Below, in pieces: positions 8,807-16,153 of a DNA stretch of 64,000 nucleotides. Within the stretch, counting starts at the first letter, position 1; each line of letters opens with the position of its first letter. Below the pieces are notes generated by a model that saw only the letters and a program-made list of their open reading frames with translations, was not told where the DNA came from and did not search any database. The position numbers and the translations under genes are program-made. Source of the DNA: a virus (lineage: Duplodnaviria; Caudoviricetes); the IMG/VR virus record IMGVR_UViG_3300042901_002137, positions 5,865 to 69,864 of that record, one strand, 5' to 3'.

Positions 8807-8911
8807 AAAAATAAAATGATGATAAAAATTGTAATATAGCAAAAAGCCGTGATTTTGTATGAAAATTCTACATTGTCACGACTTCTACCTTGCCAGTCGT
8901 TTGGGTTCCAC

Positions 8912-9373
8912 TTACTCACGATAAGAATGATTAATTGTTACTCTCACACAAGTCTGAGGTTGACCCTCATTCATGAGAAAGTTGTTTATGTATCCCATAA
9001 TATTGGCAGAACCAATTGGGTTGGCTGAGTGAGTGTAAACAACAGGGAATGGCATCTTATGTTGTTTCTTATCTGAACGATTTAACATAATCCAAGATTC
9101 ATCCTTATCATAAAAATGATTCACCAACCACTTGGCACAATCGTAACCTGTCTTTTCTTGGATGTTTGAATAATCCAAGGTGTAGTTTGGAGATACGTTG
9201 TCAAAATATTCTTTCATCGCCGTATCACCCAAATCATGGTCCAAAGAAATTACTTCAATATTTTCCAATCCAAGTTCTTCAACTTTGTTTACAAACTCAT
9301 CAAAGTTGGTTACTAAAATCCATTCCTTATCGTTAGGAATTCTTACGTCGTCAAGATAGATACGGTGTTTCAT
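8912..9373 (-). CDS. cyclic-phosphate-processing receiver-domain protein
   Basis: IYLDDVR.P, ISLDHDLG, TGYDCAKWL, HSANPIG motifs. Confidence 0.75.
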   Translation of the reverse strand: MKHRIYLDDVRIPNDKEWILVTNFDEFVNKVEELGLENIEVISLDHDLGDTAMKEYFDNVSPNYTLDYSNIQEKTGYDCAKWLVNHFYDKDESWIMLNRSDKKQHKMPFPVVYTHSANPIGSANIMGYINNFLMNEGQPQTCVRVTINHSYRE

Positions 9374-9389
9374 ATTGGTAGTTTTTATT

Positions 9390-9495
9390 AATCACATCAG
9401 ACAGGCATTCTACTTCCCGCTTCTACACAAATGTAGTACGAAATTGTATCTTACTTAGCCCTACGTTAGCGGTACGGGTACCTGAAGATATGATT
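9390..9495 (-). ncRNA. unassigned structured RNA after tRNA-Glu
   Basis: AATCATATC/GATGTGATT closing stem; CAGG/CCTG, CCCG/CGGG, TACA-TTTG-TGTA stems. Confidence 0.5.
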
Positions 9496-9499
9496 ATTG

Positions 9500-9571
9500 T
9501 AGCCCGACGGGGAATCGAACCCCGCTTTCATCCGTGAAAGGGACGTGTCCTGACCGATAGACGACCGGGCC
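9500..9571 (-). tRNA. tRNA-Glu(TTC)
   Basis: Cloverleaf, CGTCC-CTTTCAC-GGATG. Confidence 0.95.
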
Positions 9572-9583
9572 TTGTATTTTAAT

Positions 9584-9658
9584 TGGCTCCCCGAGCAGGA
9601 TTCGAACCTACGACCAATAGATTAACAGTCTACTGCGCTACCACTGCGCCATCGAGGA
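9584..9658 (-). tRNA. tRNA-Asn(GTT)
   Basis: Cloverleaf, GTAGA-CTGTTAA-TCTAT, encoded CCA; TATATTTG 9672-9679. Confidence 0.95.
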
Positions 9659-9714
9659 ATTAATTATTGTACAAATATACTATAGATAGTATAATAATCA
9701 AAATTTATTTTTTA

Positions 9715-10671
9715 TTAAGCTGACATAGGACCATTCCAATATTCACCTTCCGAAATCTCCATTGGTAATTCAGGTTCGTATAACGTTTCTTCCGTTTCAT
9801 AGGTCATTTCACGAACTGGGGTTGGTTCCGCTAAAGCGACATTTATCTCTCTATTTTTTAATTGAAATTCATGATTTCGTGAAAAAGATTCATCCCATAC
9901 TTTTTCATTTATGAATTTGTTAGGTTCTTTTTCAGTTTTAAATAGTTCTCTAACAATTTGCAAAATTTCATACGGAAGTTTAGTATCCATCGAATCTACT
10001 CGTATATCTTCCATGTTATAAAACTCAGATGCAACTTCATCAGGATTTTTATAACAACCAACTTTATCACCTGTTTTCTTATTGATAACGTATATCAAGA
10101 CACCGTTTTTTGTGTATCTGAAGAAGTGGTCAGGATTTGATTCAGATGTTGTACACCATTTTGTTCCCGCACCGTACTTACAAGATGATTCAAAAGAGAA
10201 TGGTCGTAAAATTAACCACTCTAAATCTTCATAATCAATTTTAACTTGTTTTCTAAATTCATTTGTGATGGATTTCAAAGAAGCCAAACTTGTATAGTTG
10301 TGAATGTCTTGAAAAGTTTTAACGGTTGACACATCAATACCACCTAAAACTTTTGCTTCATTCAAAGACATAAAATTTTTAATCATTTGAATGTCTTGTC
10401 TGTTAAACATATCAAGTTTTTGATGTATCATAATAAGAGATACGTCATCCATACCTTCAGTATCAATATTTAAAATTTCTTTAATTGATTCTTTGAAATG
10501 TTTAATATCGTGATTATCATATCTCGTATTTATATGATGGTTCATCAACACTCTCAGAATCATCTCACTATATTTGTTAGTTTTAGAAATATCAATCATA
10601 TTGATGATATCAACAAATCTCATCTTAGCCCAAAAGGGTGAATTCTCAACAATATCTTTAAATTTTGCCAT
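9715..10671 (-). CDS. conserved large-phage hypothetical protein
   Basis: 318-aa ORF with SCKYGAGTKWCTT motif. Confidence 0.75.
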   Translation of the reverse strand: MAKFKDIVENSPFWAKMRFVDIINMIDISKTNKYSEMILRVLMNHHINTRYDNHDIKHFKESIKEILNIDTEGMDDVSLIMIHQKLDMFNRQDIQMIKNFMSLNEAKVLGGIDVSTVKTFQDIHNYTSLASLKSITNEFRKQVKIDYEDLEWLILRPFSFESSCKYGAGTKWCTTSESNPDHFFRYTKNGVLIYVINKKTGDKVGCYKNPDEVASEFYNMEDIRVDSMDTKLPYEILQIVRELFKTEKEPNKFINEKVWDESFSRNHEFQLKNREINVALAEPTPVREMTYETEETLYEPELPMEISEGEYWNGPMSA

Positions 10672-10734
10672 ATACGTGTTTTTTGTAAATTATAGTGATA
10701 AAATAATTGACCATCAACTTAGAACCTCAAACTT

Positions 10735-11451
10735 TTAATAAGTTTTTAGTTTCATACTTTTTATAACTCTTTCAGCAACTTTTTTGTGTCCTGATGGGTG
10801 CATGTGACAAGTCCAATCACCACAATCAGTTCTAATCACCACCCGAGTATCAATTACTGTCGCATTTTTTATACTGTCCATTAAAATTCTTTGGTATTTT
10901 GAATATGCCTTTGGGTAGAACTCCTGACCTTTGATTGGTCTAACACATTCTTCAGCATTGAAACCTGTCAATACCACAGGTTTTACACCCTTTGAATTAC
11001 AGATGTTAACAATCTTCTGAACATCCTTAACAACTTGATATGGATTTCTGTTTCCGTGAATATCGTTAGCACCACCGTAGATAAAACAATAATCAAAATT
11101 GGATGTAATACTTGTCTTAGCAACATTAACCATCCAAGGTAGGTGTTTACCAATAACTGCGGTATTGTTCATTCTTAATCCTGTTTTCTTACAGACAATT
11201 ACTTGCCAACCCCAATTATGATTTGCGGTGTGGGAATCACCAATGAAGAGTGCGTTCTTACCGTTAACATCTACAATGGTATCTAACCCTTGTTTTGGTA
11301 TAGGTGTTAGAATGGTATCAGAAATTACAATTTGATTTGGTGTAAAGTAACCTGGTACAAAATTCAGTTTACCTGACAACAGTAGAGAATATAATATTGC
11401 AAATGCAAAAAAACCGATGGTAAAAATGGAAAGTTCTGTTTTGTTTTTCAT
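10735..11451 (-). CDS. SGNH/GDSL hydrolase with N-terminal TM
   Basis: FIGDSHT, GGANDI, DWTCHMHP motifs; start trimmed to MKNKTEL (upstream extension is tRNA-Cys). Confidence 0.85.
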   Translation of the reverse strand: MKNKTELSIFTIGFFAFAILYSLLLSGKLNFVPGYFTPNQIVISDTILTPIPKQGLDTIVDVNGKNALFIGDSHTANHNWGWQVIVCKKTGLRMNNTAVIGKHLPWMVNVAKTSITSNFDYCFIYGGANDIHGNRNPYQVVKDVQKIVNICNSKGVKPVVLTGFNAEECVRPIKGQEFYPKAYSKYQRILMDSIKNATVIDTRVVIRTDCGDWTCHMHPSGHKKVAERVIKSMKLKTY

Positions 11452-11452
11452 G

Positions 11453-11526
11453 AGGTCCTGAGCAGATTCGAACTGCTGAATAAGAGTTTTGCAGACTCCC
11501 CCCTTAAGCCACTTGGGTACAGGACC
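11453..11526 (-). tRNA. tRNA-Cys(GCA)
   Basis: Cloverleaf, GGAGT-CTGCAAA-ACTCT, U73. Confidence 0.95.
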
Positions 11527-11527
11527 G

Positions 11528-11580
11528 TGGAGTGCAGTGGGAGCTAGCATCCCTGAGGCATCTGCACAAGTTACTCCTCT
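11528..11580 (-). ncRNA. structured His-Cys spacer
   Basis: GGA/TCC, GTGCAG/CTGCAC, GGGA/TCCC nested stems. Confidence 0.4.
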
Positions 11581-11584
11581 TTAG

Positions 11585-11658
11585 GGTGAATAATGGGAAT
11601 CGAACCCATGGCACACGGAACCACAATCCGTTGCTCTACCTACTGAGCTATATCCACC
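11585..11658 (-). tRNA. tRNA-His(GTG)
   Basis: Cloverleaf with G-1:C73, ACGGA-TTGTGGT-TCCGT. Confidence 0.95.
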
Positions 11659-11667
11659 ATTTAAATA

Positions 11668-11840
11668 GTAGTAGTTGAATTTATCAGGAATCTCGCCTTA
11701 GCAACCTCAAGAGGGCCCAGCTTCACACACCATTAGAGAGTTGGGATTTACATTAATACAATTAAGATTAAATACCTATCCTTAGTGTGTACCCTTGTGT
11801 CACGTCTCTCCACGCTTATCAACCTACACTTTTTTACTAC
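11668..11840 (-). ncRNA. ~175-nt structured RNA, unassigned
   Basis: GTAGT/ACTAC and GTTGA/TCAAC closing stems, CACAC/GTGTG inner rod; no convincing ORF. Confidence 0.5.
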
Positions 11841-11846
11841 CATTTG

Positions 11847-11985
11847 TAGTCAGGACAGGAATTGAACCTGTTCCAAGGGACCGCTCCCTTATCAATCACA
11901 CAAGGCAATTACTCCTTGTTTTACCTGCCGTGTAATGTCTTGTGGCCACTCCACATTACCAAAGGTCTCCAAAGACCACCTGACT
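11847..11985 (-). ncRNA. tRNA-like RNA A (no anticodon arm; three-hairpin insert)
   Basis: AGTCAGG/CCTGACT-A acceptor, GTC-TTTGGA-GAC D-arm, ACAGG-TTCAATT-CCTGT T-arm. Confidence 0.75.
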
Positions 11986-12008
11986 ATGTTCGAGGATGAG
12001 AAATCCTC

Positions 12009-12224
12009 TGTGTTGTAGGTCGCCCAAATAAATTTGTCCTTTATCCTCAACTCAAGCAATTCCTTTCTCAAGGGAACAACACAATATCTTTGATAATGAT
12101 GGGATACCCGTCTCGTCCCAATCTTAACAGCTTCCTGAGTTTTACGAGGCCTCGGCTGAGGGTGGTGAATTCCGATTCCACTCTGGATTGTCGACATCCG
12201 TTGAATGGGGAAAACCATTATCAA
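12009..12224 (-). ncRNA. two-domain structured RNA between the tRNA-like RNAs
   Basis: TTGATAATG/CATTATCAA (12216-12224 with 12090-12098) and TGTGTTGT/ACAACACA (12076-12083 with 12009-12016) closing stems. Confidence 0.5.
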
Positions 12225-12227
12225 TTG

Positions 12228-12326
12228 TAGTCAGGACAGGATTCGAACCTGTAAACCATTGCATTAGATGGGTGAACATCTGTATGGTATTTTCACCTAT
12301 TGCGTCTACCATTCCGCCACCTGACT
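12228..12326 (-). ncRNA. tRNA-like RNA B (Leu-type D-arm, aberrant anticodon region)
   Basis: Same AGTCAGG/CCTGACT-A acceptor and ACAGG/CCTGT T-stem as A; GCG-GAATGGTAGA-CGC D-arm. Confidence 0.75.
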
Positions 12327-12329
12327 ATG

Positions 12330-12606
12330 GTTGTCAGTCTCTCCTGACCGTCACCCCCACTCCGACGGTATTAGCCTTCATCGTGATGCTGGGTTAGCAA
12401 TTTAAAAATGAAAACCTCCTTCCACGCTCACCGTGGGTTTAGATTTTACAGATGGTTTGTTCCCCATCACCTGTTATGAGTGCACCATAGAGCAGGGTCC
12501 ATTACAGAGTACCTTGAGTCATTCAAGCTTCAGTTGGGTAATTACTCCCATGAAGTCAAGGTTCCTTTCATCCGCGCTAATCGGACTTCCGTAAGGAGTT
12601 TTCCAT
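12330..12606 (-). ncRNA. multi-hairpin structured RNA downstream of tRNA-Phe
   Basis: ATGGAAAACTCC (12595-12606) pairs with GGAGGTTTTCAT (12408-12419); inner CCTTGA/TCAAGG, CCACG/CGTGG, GATGG/CCATC; CCGTC/GACGG and GTCAG/CTGAC hairpins. Confidence 0.55.
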
Positions 12607-12608
12607 TT

Positions 12609-12685
12609 TGGTGGTGTGAACGGGAATCGAACCACGTGGCACGTAGGGTTTCAACCTACTGCTCTACCTGCTGAGCTACCACACC
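12609..12685 (-). tRNA. tRNA-Phe(GAA)
   Basis: GTAGG-TTGAAAC-CCTAC; encoded CCA; one bulged T in T-stem. Confidence 0.85.
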
Positions 12686-12701
12686 ATTTTAATTTACTAA
12701 G

Positions 12702-12775
12702 TGGACCGTGGGAGACTCGAACTCCCGACCCCCTGCGTGCAAGGCAGGTGTTCTAGCCAACTGAACTAACAGCCC
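12702..12775 (-). tRNA. tRNA-Ala(TGC)
   Basis: G3.U70, CCTGC-CTTGCAC-GCAGG. Confidence 0.95.
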
Positions 12776-12847
12776 TTAGTGATGACTTATCGTTTCAAAG
12801 AAAGCTCTTACAAACCCTCTCCAAAACTTTAAAAGTTTCTCTTTCAT
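12776..12847 (-). CDS. 23-aa amphipathic peptide between tRNAs (absent from ORF track)
   Basis: MKEKLLKFWRGFVRAFFETISHH*; stop abuts tRNA-Ala 5' end. Confidence 0.45.
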   Translation of the reverse strand: MKEKLLKFWRGFVRAFFETISHH

Positions 12848-12863
12848 TTCTATAAGTATTTTG

Positions 12864-12935
12864 CGGTCCGTGCGGGAATCGAACCCGCCCCACAGCCGTG
12901 ACAGGGCTGCATCCTAGCCGCTAAACGAACGGACC
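12864..12935 (-). tRNA. tRNA-Asp(GTC)
   Basis: CAGCC-CTGTCAC-GGCTG. Confidence 0.95.
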
Positions 12936-12950
12936 GTTATTTTTACCATC

Positions 12951-12997
12951 ATGTCAAAGAACTCCGAAGTATTACCTTCTTTGTTGATACAAAATTA
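12951..12997 (-). promoter_or_regulatory. -7 promoter element (TAATTTTG) followed by boxA-like GTTCTTTGACAT
   Basis: caaaatta 12990-12997; atgtcaaagaac 12951-12962. Confidence 0.6.
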
Positions 12998-13008
12998 GAT
13001 AAATTTTC

Positions 13009-13512
13009 TCAATTCACCAAATCTATCTCGTAGATTTTTTCACAATTTTTCTCAACCCAACCCTTACCAACAGATATGTGTTTGGATGATTCAGACATTG
13101 TTTCCAACTTAACTTTTACCTCGTCCAAAAAAACTGAAGTTTCACATTTCCAAATGGTTTTACAATCAAGGCCATTTTCTTTGTCAAATAAGGCGAAGAA
13201 AATTGCGTTGTTACGCTCAATGCGATGAAGGTTATCTTTGTGAATTCGGTCAAGTTGAAAACTACCACCTTCTTTACAAGATAGGTATTCGTATTTTTCT
13301 TTACCGTCCTTGGAGTAAGCATCCGCACCGTGTTTTGTCTTGTGACAATCATGACCCAAGATTTCGGAAATCATCCACTCTTTGATAAAACCTGGTGTCA
13401 ACAAGTCTTGCTCAAAACCGTTTTTATTTTTCAATAGGTTCAAAGCACCTATCAAAATGTTTAACGGGTTGGACTCGTTTTCAAGTTTGTCTAAGAGTTC
13501 TTGAGAATTCAT
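13009..13512 (-). CDS. PD-(D/E)xK nuclease resembling PvuII-type restriction endonuclease
   Basis: GADAYSKDGKEKYEYLS and HISVGKGWVEKNCEKIY parallel PvuII GNDAVDNAGQEYELKS and KIPVKYVMEHGTKIY (from memory). Confidence 0.55.
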   Translation of the reverse strand: MNSQELLDKLENESNPLNILIGALNLLKNKNGFEQDLLTPGFIKEWMISEILGHDCHKTKHGADAYSKDGKEKYEYLSCKEGGSFQLDRIHKDNLHRIERNNAIFFALFDKENGLDCKTIWKCETSVFLDEVKVKLETMSESSKHISVGKGWVEKNCEKIYEIDLVN

Positions 13513-13630
13513 ACTGCTAATCTACGTAATATTTTTTAAACTTCCAAATTTTAAAAATCAGTTGTATTCCAAATACTAGTTTTACTATTTGAAATAGTAT
13601 TGTTATTTTTTGTATAAATAGTTTTATAAA

Positions 13631-14344
13631 ATGTCTTATTTAAATACACCTACCCCAATTGTTGAAGCCTTCATTAGAGGAAACTTCTTAAGGAATCAAG
13701 AGGATTCTTTTGACAAAAAATTCCCATGTTACATATTTGGTATGTCATCTATACCAGCTCAAGCACCATTATTTCACTTTATGATGGAAGACGGTGGAAT
13801 ATGGTGGAGGATGCCAATACATGCATTTTGTTGGAAAGAAGATGCACCACAACAGGAATTAGACGAACTCGTTCTTTGGGACTCATTTACTTATCACGTC
13901 GGGGTGACGGCATTTCCGATATTAAAAAACAAAACCTGTAAATTTACATCACGAAGGAGGGTCCAATATTCAGGTAGATATTTATTTACTTTAGATTGGG
14001 GTAGTTCAGATGATATGAGTGATACAGATTTTGGGTTGAGTGAATTTCCGTCACAACATAAATGCGGACATTTTATCCAAATGGATAACGGTAATTTTGC
14101 AATTCAACCTAACAACAGATTAATTATGCACGACCCATCATTTACTGTCAAGGAAGATATTGTTATAAATAGAAAATATAATACAACCCTTTGGACTGCA
14201 GAAAGAAATGGAAGATGGGTTACACCCGATACCGATGTATTTAACTACGACCATACTGATTTAGAGAGTGGTGAATCCAACAAACAAAGGTCTGAAGAAT
14301 ATGATAAATTAGATTCTAAATATAAAGATGAAAATAATATTTGA
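13631..14344 (+). CDS. conserved T4-like phage hypothetical protein
   Basis: MSYLN...LFH.M..GG..WR.PIHAF...HKCGH..Q.DNGNFA.QPNNR pattern. Confidence 0.7.
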   Translation: MSYLNTPTPIVEAFIRGNFLRNQEDSFDKKFPCYIFGMSSIPAQAPLFHFMMEDGGIWWRMPIHAFCWKEDAPQQELDELVLWDSFTYHVGVTAFPILKNKTCKFTSRRRVQYSGRYLFTLDWGSSDDMSDTDFGLSEFPSQHKCGHFIQMDNGNFAIQPNNRLIMHDPSFTVKEDIVINRKYNTTLWTAERNGRWVTPDTDVFNYDHTDLESGESNKQRSEEYDKLDSKYKDENNI

Positions 14345-14957
14345 CCATCTACATGGTCATATTAAAAATGATAGAGTTTTTTGTGAAGCCTTTGTAATTC
14401 CTGAAGGAGAAACCGAAGATGAGCTTTTAGAACTTGGATTTCTTCCAAACCTTCAACCACCATTATATTGGTATCAAGCAAAAAGTTGTAGAATCAATAA
14501 TGATAATGTGGTATTATCATATAAAAGAAAAAAAATATTATCTCAACTAATAATAGAAATTCTTCCATACTCTAATATAAAAAATGAAGTAGATTCATTC
14601 TTCCTAAATTATTTTAAAATTAAAAATTTTGATTTAGTCAATTATTATAACAATAACTCACAATATGAAGATTTAAAAATTATGAAAGTTATGTTTAATG
14701 ATGAAGTTGTTGCCTATACTAGATTCAGAGAATTTGAAAAAGTACTATTAGGATTAGAAACCGCAATGGTTCAAAATTTAAATAAATTTTCATTAGGTAA
14801 AGACTGTATTCTATTACTCAGTAATTATGGGAAACTTTATGATAAAAATTTTCTATACATTTACGAATCATACGAAAATTATTTTCCCTACAAATTAGAA
14901 ATAACAGGGGCCGAATACTGGGAGGGAGAAAAATGGATTACGTCACAATATTTATAG
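14328..14957 (+). CDS. aminoacyl-tRNA-protein transferase-like (ATE1/Bpt family)
   Basis: LL.LGF, SCRI, DEVVAY, FSLGKDCIL, FLYIY, YK....EYW...W follow ATE/Bpt motif order. Confidence 0.65.
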   Translation: MKIIFDHLHGHIKNDRVFCEAFVIPEGETEDELLELGFLPNLQPPLYWYQAKSCRINNDNVVLSYKRKKILSQLIIEILPYSNIKNEVDSFFLNYFKIKNFDLVNYYNNNSQYEDLKIMKVMFNDEVVAYTRFREFEKVLLGLETAMVQNLNKFSLGKDCILLLSNYGKLYDKNFLYIYESYENYFPYKLEITGAEYWEGEKWITSQYL

Positions 14958-14963
14958 AGTATA

Positions 14964-15674
14964 ATGTCAGAAAATTTAAAAAAAATTAAAACCACGATTG
15001 AAACTTTAAAAGGGTTTGATAAAGTATTGTTTTTGACTTGCTCAAACAGATACAAAGATATATTAGAAACACAAACGCCAAAATCCACTATTTTAGCCGA
15101 AGTAATTTCCCAAAAATTAGATAATGTAACGATTATAAATGTTCCTGATTTAAACATTTATCCGTGTGAGGGCAATGTATCGAGAGAAGATGGTAATAAA
15201 TGTGGATTAAAAGAAGCACTACTCAAAGACGAAGAAAAAAATCCATCGGGATATCATAGATGTTGGGCATCAATACACAATCCCGACGATGAACTTTGGA
15301 AAATTTCAAAAGAATTATTTGAATCAGATTGTGTCGTTTTTTTTGTTTCTACAAGATGGGGAAATGCAAATATGTTTTATCAGAAACTAATCGAAAGATT
15401 AAATTGGATAAATAATAGATTTGTACCTGGTAACGAATCTAATATAATTAAAGACGTAAATTCAGGATTAATTTGTATAGGTCAACATTATTATTCTGAT
15501 AAGATTGTTGAATTACAAAAACAAATACACGACTACTTTGGTTTTAAAGTTAATGACGATTTGTATTGGTCTTGGATGGCAGAAGATATTGATTATGGAA
15601 AAGAGACATATAAAGGTTATTTTGAAAGTTATCCTGAGTTCTTTAAAGATTTTAAAATAATCAAAACTTCTTAA
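14964..15674 (+). CDS. flavodoxin-like / NADPH-dependent FMN reductase family (WrbA-like)
   Basis: FLTCSNR, IYPCEG, ESDCVVF..TRWG, KLIERL motifs. Confidence 0.8.
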   Translation: MSENLKKIKTTIETLKGFDKVLFLTCSNRYKDILETQTPKSTILAEVISQKLDNVTIINVPDLNIYPCEGNVSREDGNKCGLKEALLKDEEKNPSGYHRCWASIHNPDDELWKISKELFESDCVVFFVSTRWGNANMFYQKLIERLNWINNRFVPGNESNIIKDVNSGLICIGQHYYSDKIVELQKQIHDYFGFKVNDDLYWSWMAEDIDYGKETYKGYFESYPEFFKDFKIIKTS

Positions 15675-15705
15675 TAAAACTCACAAAAAAGTTTAAGGGG
15701 TTTTG

Positions 15706-15779
15706 TGGACCTTGAGGGACTTGAACCCCCGACCAATTGATTATGAGTCAACTGCTCTGACCAACTGAGCTAAAGGTCC
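15706..15779 (-). tRNA. tRNA-Ile2(CAT, lysidine type)
   Basis: GGACCTT acceptor and GTTGA-CTCATAA-TCAAT resemble Ile2 rather than Met. Confidence 0.8.
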
Positions 15780-15784
15780 AATAT

Positions 15785-15859
15785 TGGTGCACCCTGAAGG
15801 ATTTGAACCTCCGACCCCTTGGATGTAAGCCAAGTGCTCTCCCGCTGAGCTAAGGGTGC
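15785..15859 (-). tRNA. tRNA-Val(TAC)
   Basis: CTTGG-CTTACAT-CCAAG; encoded CCA. Confidence 0.95.
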
Positions 15860-15865
15860 AATTTG

Positions 15866-15946
15866 TACCGAAGGTGGGACTCGAACCCACACACCGTGAA
15901 GTACTGGTTCCTAAGACCAGCGTGTCTACCATTTCACCACTTCGGC
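15866..15946 (-). tRNA. tRNA-Leu(TAG)
   Basis: CTGGT-CTTAGGA-ACCAG, long variable arm. Confidence 0.95.
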
Positions 15947-16022
15947 AAGTTACAGGATATCGCTTAACCTGTGGTGATTGTACACTTCACCTTCTTCCCT
16001 TGCGGTACTACGATTTTTTTTG

Positions 16023-16097
16023 TGACCCCGTCGGGACTTGAACCCGAAACCCCCTCATTAAAAGTGAGGTGCTCTAAACCAATTGAGCTACGAGGTC
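16023..16097 (-). tRNA. tRNA-Lys(TTT)
   Basis: CCTCA-CTTTTAA-TGAGG; TACCTTTG 16107-16114. Confidence 0.95.
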
Positions 16098-16099
16098 AT

Positions 16100-16153
16100 T
16101 ACGGCTCAAAGGTAGGGAATTTACGGCTCAAATATCACTCTTTTTGAGCCGTA
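16100..16153. repeat. triple 11-bp motif TACGGCTCAAA (two direct, one inverted)
   Basis: 16100-16110, 16122-16132, inverted 16143-16153. Confidence 0.8.

Noticed and set aside
11892-12224. 110-aa ORF on minus strand
   Set aside because: Runs through tRNA-like RNA A and strongly paired RNA domains; atypical composition; better explained as ncRNA
11845-12330. CRISPR-like repeat (GTAGTCAGGACAGGA twice)
   Set aside because: Only two copies about 380 nt apart, and they are tRNA-like 3' halves; no array or cas genes
12609-12685. tRNA-Phe with bulged T-stem as a pseudogene
   Set aside because: All other arms and the encoded CCA are intact; a single bulge is insufficient evidence
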